Shown: positions 30,881-32,000 of the stretch, one piece after another
How positions within the stretch are numbered: position 1 is the first letter of the stretch
Layout: each line of letters begins with the position of its first letter
DNA from: an uncultured Actinomycetes bacterium
Lineage (GTDB): Bacteria; Actinomycetota; Actinomycetes; S36-B12; CAIYMF01
Assembly: GCA_963843975.1 (NCBI GenBank)
Contig: CAWJMG010000001.1
Location: forward strand, 1,170,001 to 1,202,000
Reading direction: 5' to 3'
DNA length: 32,000 nt
Translations under genes and position numbers: made by a program
Notes under the pieces: model-generated
Seen by the model: only the letters and a program-made list of their open reading frames with translations
Told to the model about the DNA's origin: nothing
Databases searched by the model: none

Positions 30881-31966
30881 ATGGAAGACCGGGACGCCGT
30901 CGATGCAGTGCAGCGGCGGATGCAGCCGGCTGCGTTCCGCGCGGACCTGGCAGGCAGCGTCGCTGCGATACCCGACGCGATCGACGCTGGGCTGCTCCAC
31001 GCCGCCGTCCCGGTGGCGATCGTCGCGCTGCGGCAGGAGCGGGCCGCGGTAGGCCTTGAGCGCCTTGGCGACCTCGACCTCAACCGGCTCGGCGACGCTC
31101 TGACAGCCCGGGGCTGGGACGGCGACGACGTCGCCGTCGAGGCCCTGCAGGCCGCACGGTCGGGCACGCCGACCGGCCGCATCGAGATCCCCGCCGACCT
31201 CGAGATGCTCGGCGACGTCCTGAACCAGCAGCTCGGCGGCTACCTCGAACGCGCCACCGGGGAGGCGTGGCCGGCGTCGGTGTTCGAGGACGGCGCGCTC
31301 GAGGACGACGGCGACCCGGACGAGGACACCGACCGGTGGATGTACGTGCCCGGCGACTCCCGCGACGCCTGGCAGGACATGGCCGACTTCGCCGCCCACG
31401 CGCCCGACCCCCACGTCCGCGAGCTCCTCGAGCTCGCCATCGAGGGTCGCGGCGCGTTCAGCCGCTTCAAGTCCGCACTCGACCGGCACCCGACGTACTG
31501 GACCGACTGGCACGTCTGGTCCAGCGAGCGGGCCATCGGACGCGCCCGGAGCTGGCTCGCGTCCGAGGGCTACGACCCGCTCCCCTGCGCTCACCCAGGC
31601 GCGGACTCTTCTGGCTCCAAGAAGCGGCGACGCCGGCAACATCCCTTGTCGCACGGTCGCGCGGCCGTCCCAGGCGTACGACACGGCACCATCCGGCACG
31701 CCGCAGGGGACCACCGAGCGAGCAGCAGCCCCGGCCCCCCTACGCCCCGCAGAGGACACCCTCGCGGGCCCGACGCCGTCATATGCATCTCGTGCTCGCT
31801 CAGCCGCGGGTCCTCGATCACGGCACACACTGGTATCTGGAAACCCATTGCGGAGCGCACGAGGATGCGCCGCCGACACCCACACCGTCGACCGGGGCCA
31901 GCAGCCGCGGCAGCGACCTCGGCTCCAAGCAGGCGGTCGCCTGCTGCGGCATGCGAATCTGCCTGA
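30881..31966 (+). CDS. UPF0158 family protein; the 3' end is uncertain
   Basis: ..LGGYLERATGEAWPASVFEDG..DTDRWMYVPGDSRDAWQDMADFAAHAPDPHVRELLELAIEGRGAFSRFKSALDRHPTYWTDWHVWSSERAIGRARSWLASEGY matches UPF0158 (..I.GrGAFrRFKd.l......w..w..f...r....a..WL...G). Conservation ends near 31580. The ORF stays open to 31966 with deteriorating codon bias. The start is ATG 30881 or GTG 30854. Confidence 0.7.
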   Translation: MEDRDAVDAVQRRMQPAAFRADLAGSVAAIPDAIDAGLLHAAVPVAIVALRQERAAVGLERLGDLDLNRLGDALTARGWDGDDVAVEALQAARSGTPTGRIEIPADLEMLGDVLNQQLGGYLERATGEAWPASVFEDGALEDDGDPDEDTDRWMYVPGDSRDAWQDMADFAAHAPDPHVRELLELAIEGRGAFSRFKSALDRHPTYWTDWHVWSSERAIGRARSWLASEGYDPLPCAHPGADSSGSKKRRRRQHPLSHGRAAVPGVRHGTIRHAAGDHRASSSPGPPTPRRGHPRGPDAVICISCSLSRGSSITAHTGIWKPIAERTRMRRRHPHRRPGPAAAAATSAPSRRSPAAACESA

Positions 31967-32000
31967 CGTTGCCCGCCGTCGCATCGGCGGTGCCGCCGCC

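Noticed and set aside
31818-32000. An open minus-strand frame entering from the window end and stopping at 31818-31820 (..ADATAGNVRQIRMPQQATACLEPRSLPRLLAPVDG..)
   Set aside because: No family is recognisable and codon bias is only moderate. It overlaps the open tail of the UPF0158 ORF. There is not enough evidence to call either way.

Overview
This is a high-GC actinobacterial chromosomal segment, judged by eye only, and I cannot assign a taxon. It is densely coding, with about 40 supportable protein genes. I saw no rRNA, CRISPR array, transposase or integrase gene.

Positions 1-26.3 kb hold a mix of regulatory, envelope and metabolic genes:
- a YafY-like regulator divergent from an SRPBCC protein
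- a YbaN/DUF454 membrane protein and a Gfo/Idh/MocA oxidoreductase
- a membrane alpha/beta-hydrolase and a CPBP protease
- a nucleosidase and a DDAH-like amidinotransferase
- two YCII/DGPF genes followed by an ECF42-type sigma factor
- a FadD-type acyl-CoA ligase, a DUF4287 protein and a metallophosphoesterase
- a cNMP-binding protein, an alpha/beta hydrolase and a lipoprotein Zn-peptidase
- a membrane PP2C phosphatase, a PNPOx-like protein, a third YCII gene and a ferredoxin
- a secreted glycine-rich/FN3 protein divergent from an ECF sigma/anti-sigma pair
- a TetR regulator divergent from a membrane protein

Positions 26.3-26.9 kb are the most unusual stretch. On the minus strand there is an orphan 3' half of a tRNA-Ser(UGA) gene. 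Just downstream of it lie tandem 129-bp repeats, each of which re-creates the tRNA acceptor/T-stem helix. Just upstream of it lies a perfect 3 x 11-bp iteron.

Positions 26.9-32 kb look island-like. They carry a second ECF sigma/anti-sigma pair, a lower-GC patch, an AbiEi/AbiEii type IV toxin-antitoxin pair and a UPF0158 gene.

Two observations cut across the whole window:
1. Five genes are each broken by one extra G/C in a short homopolymer. All five are +1 insertions, so assembly error is more likely than biology.
2. At least three unrelated families of long hairpin-forming repeats sit at gene junctions.
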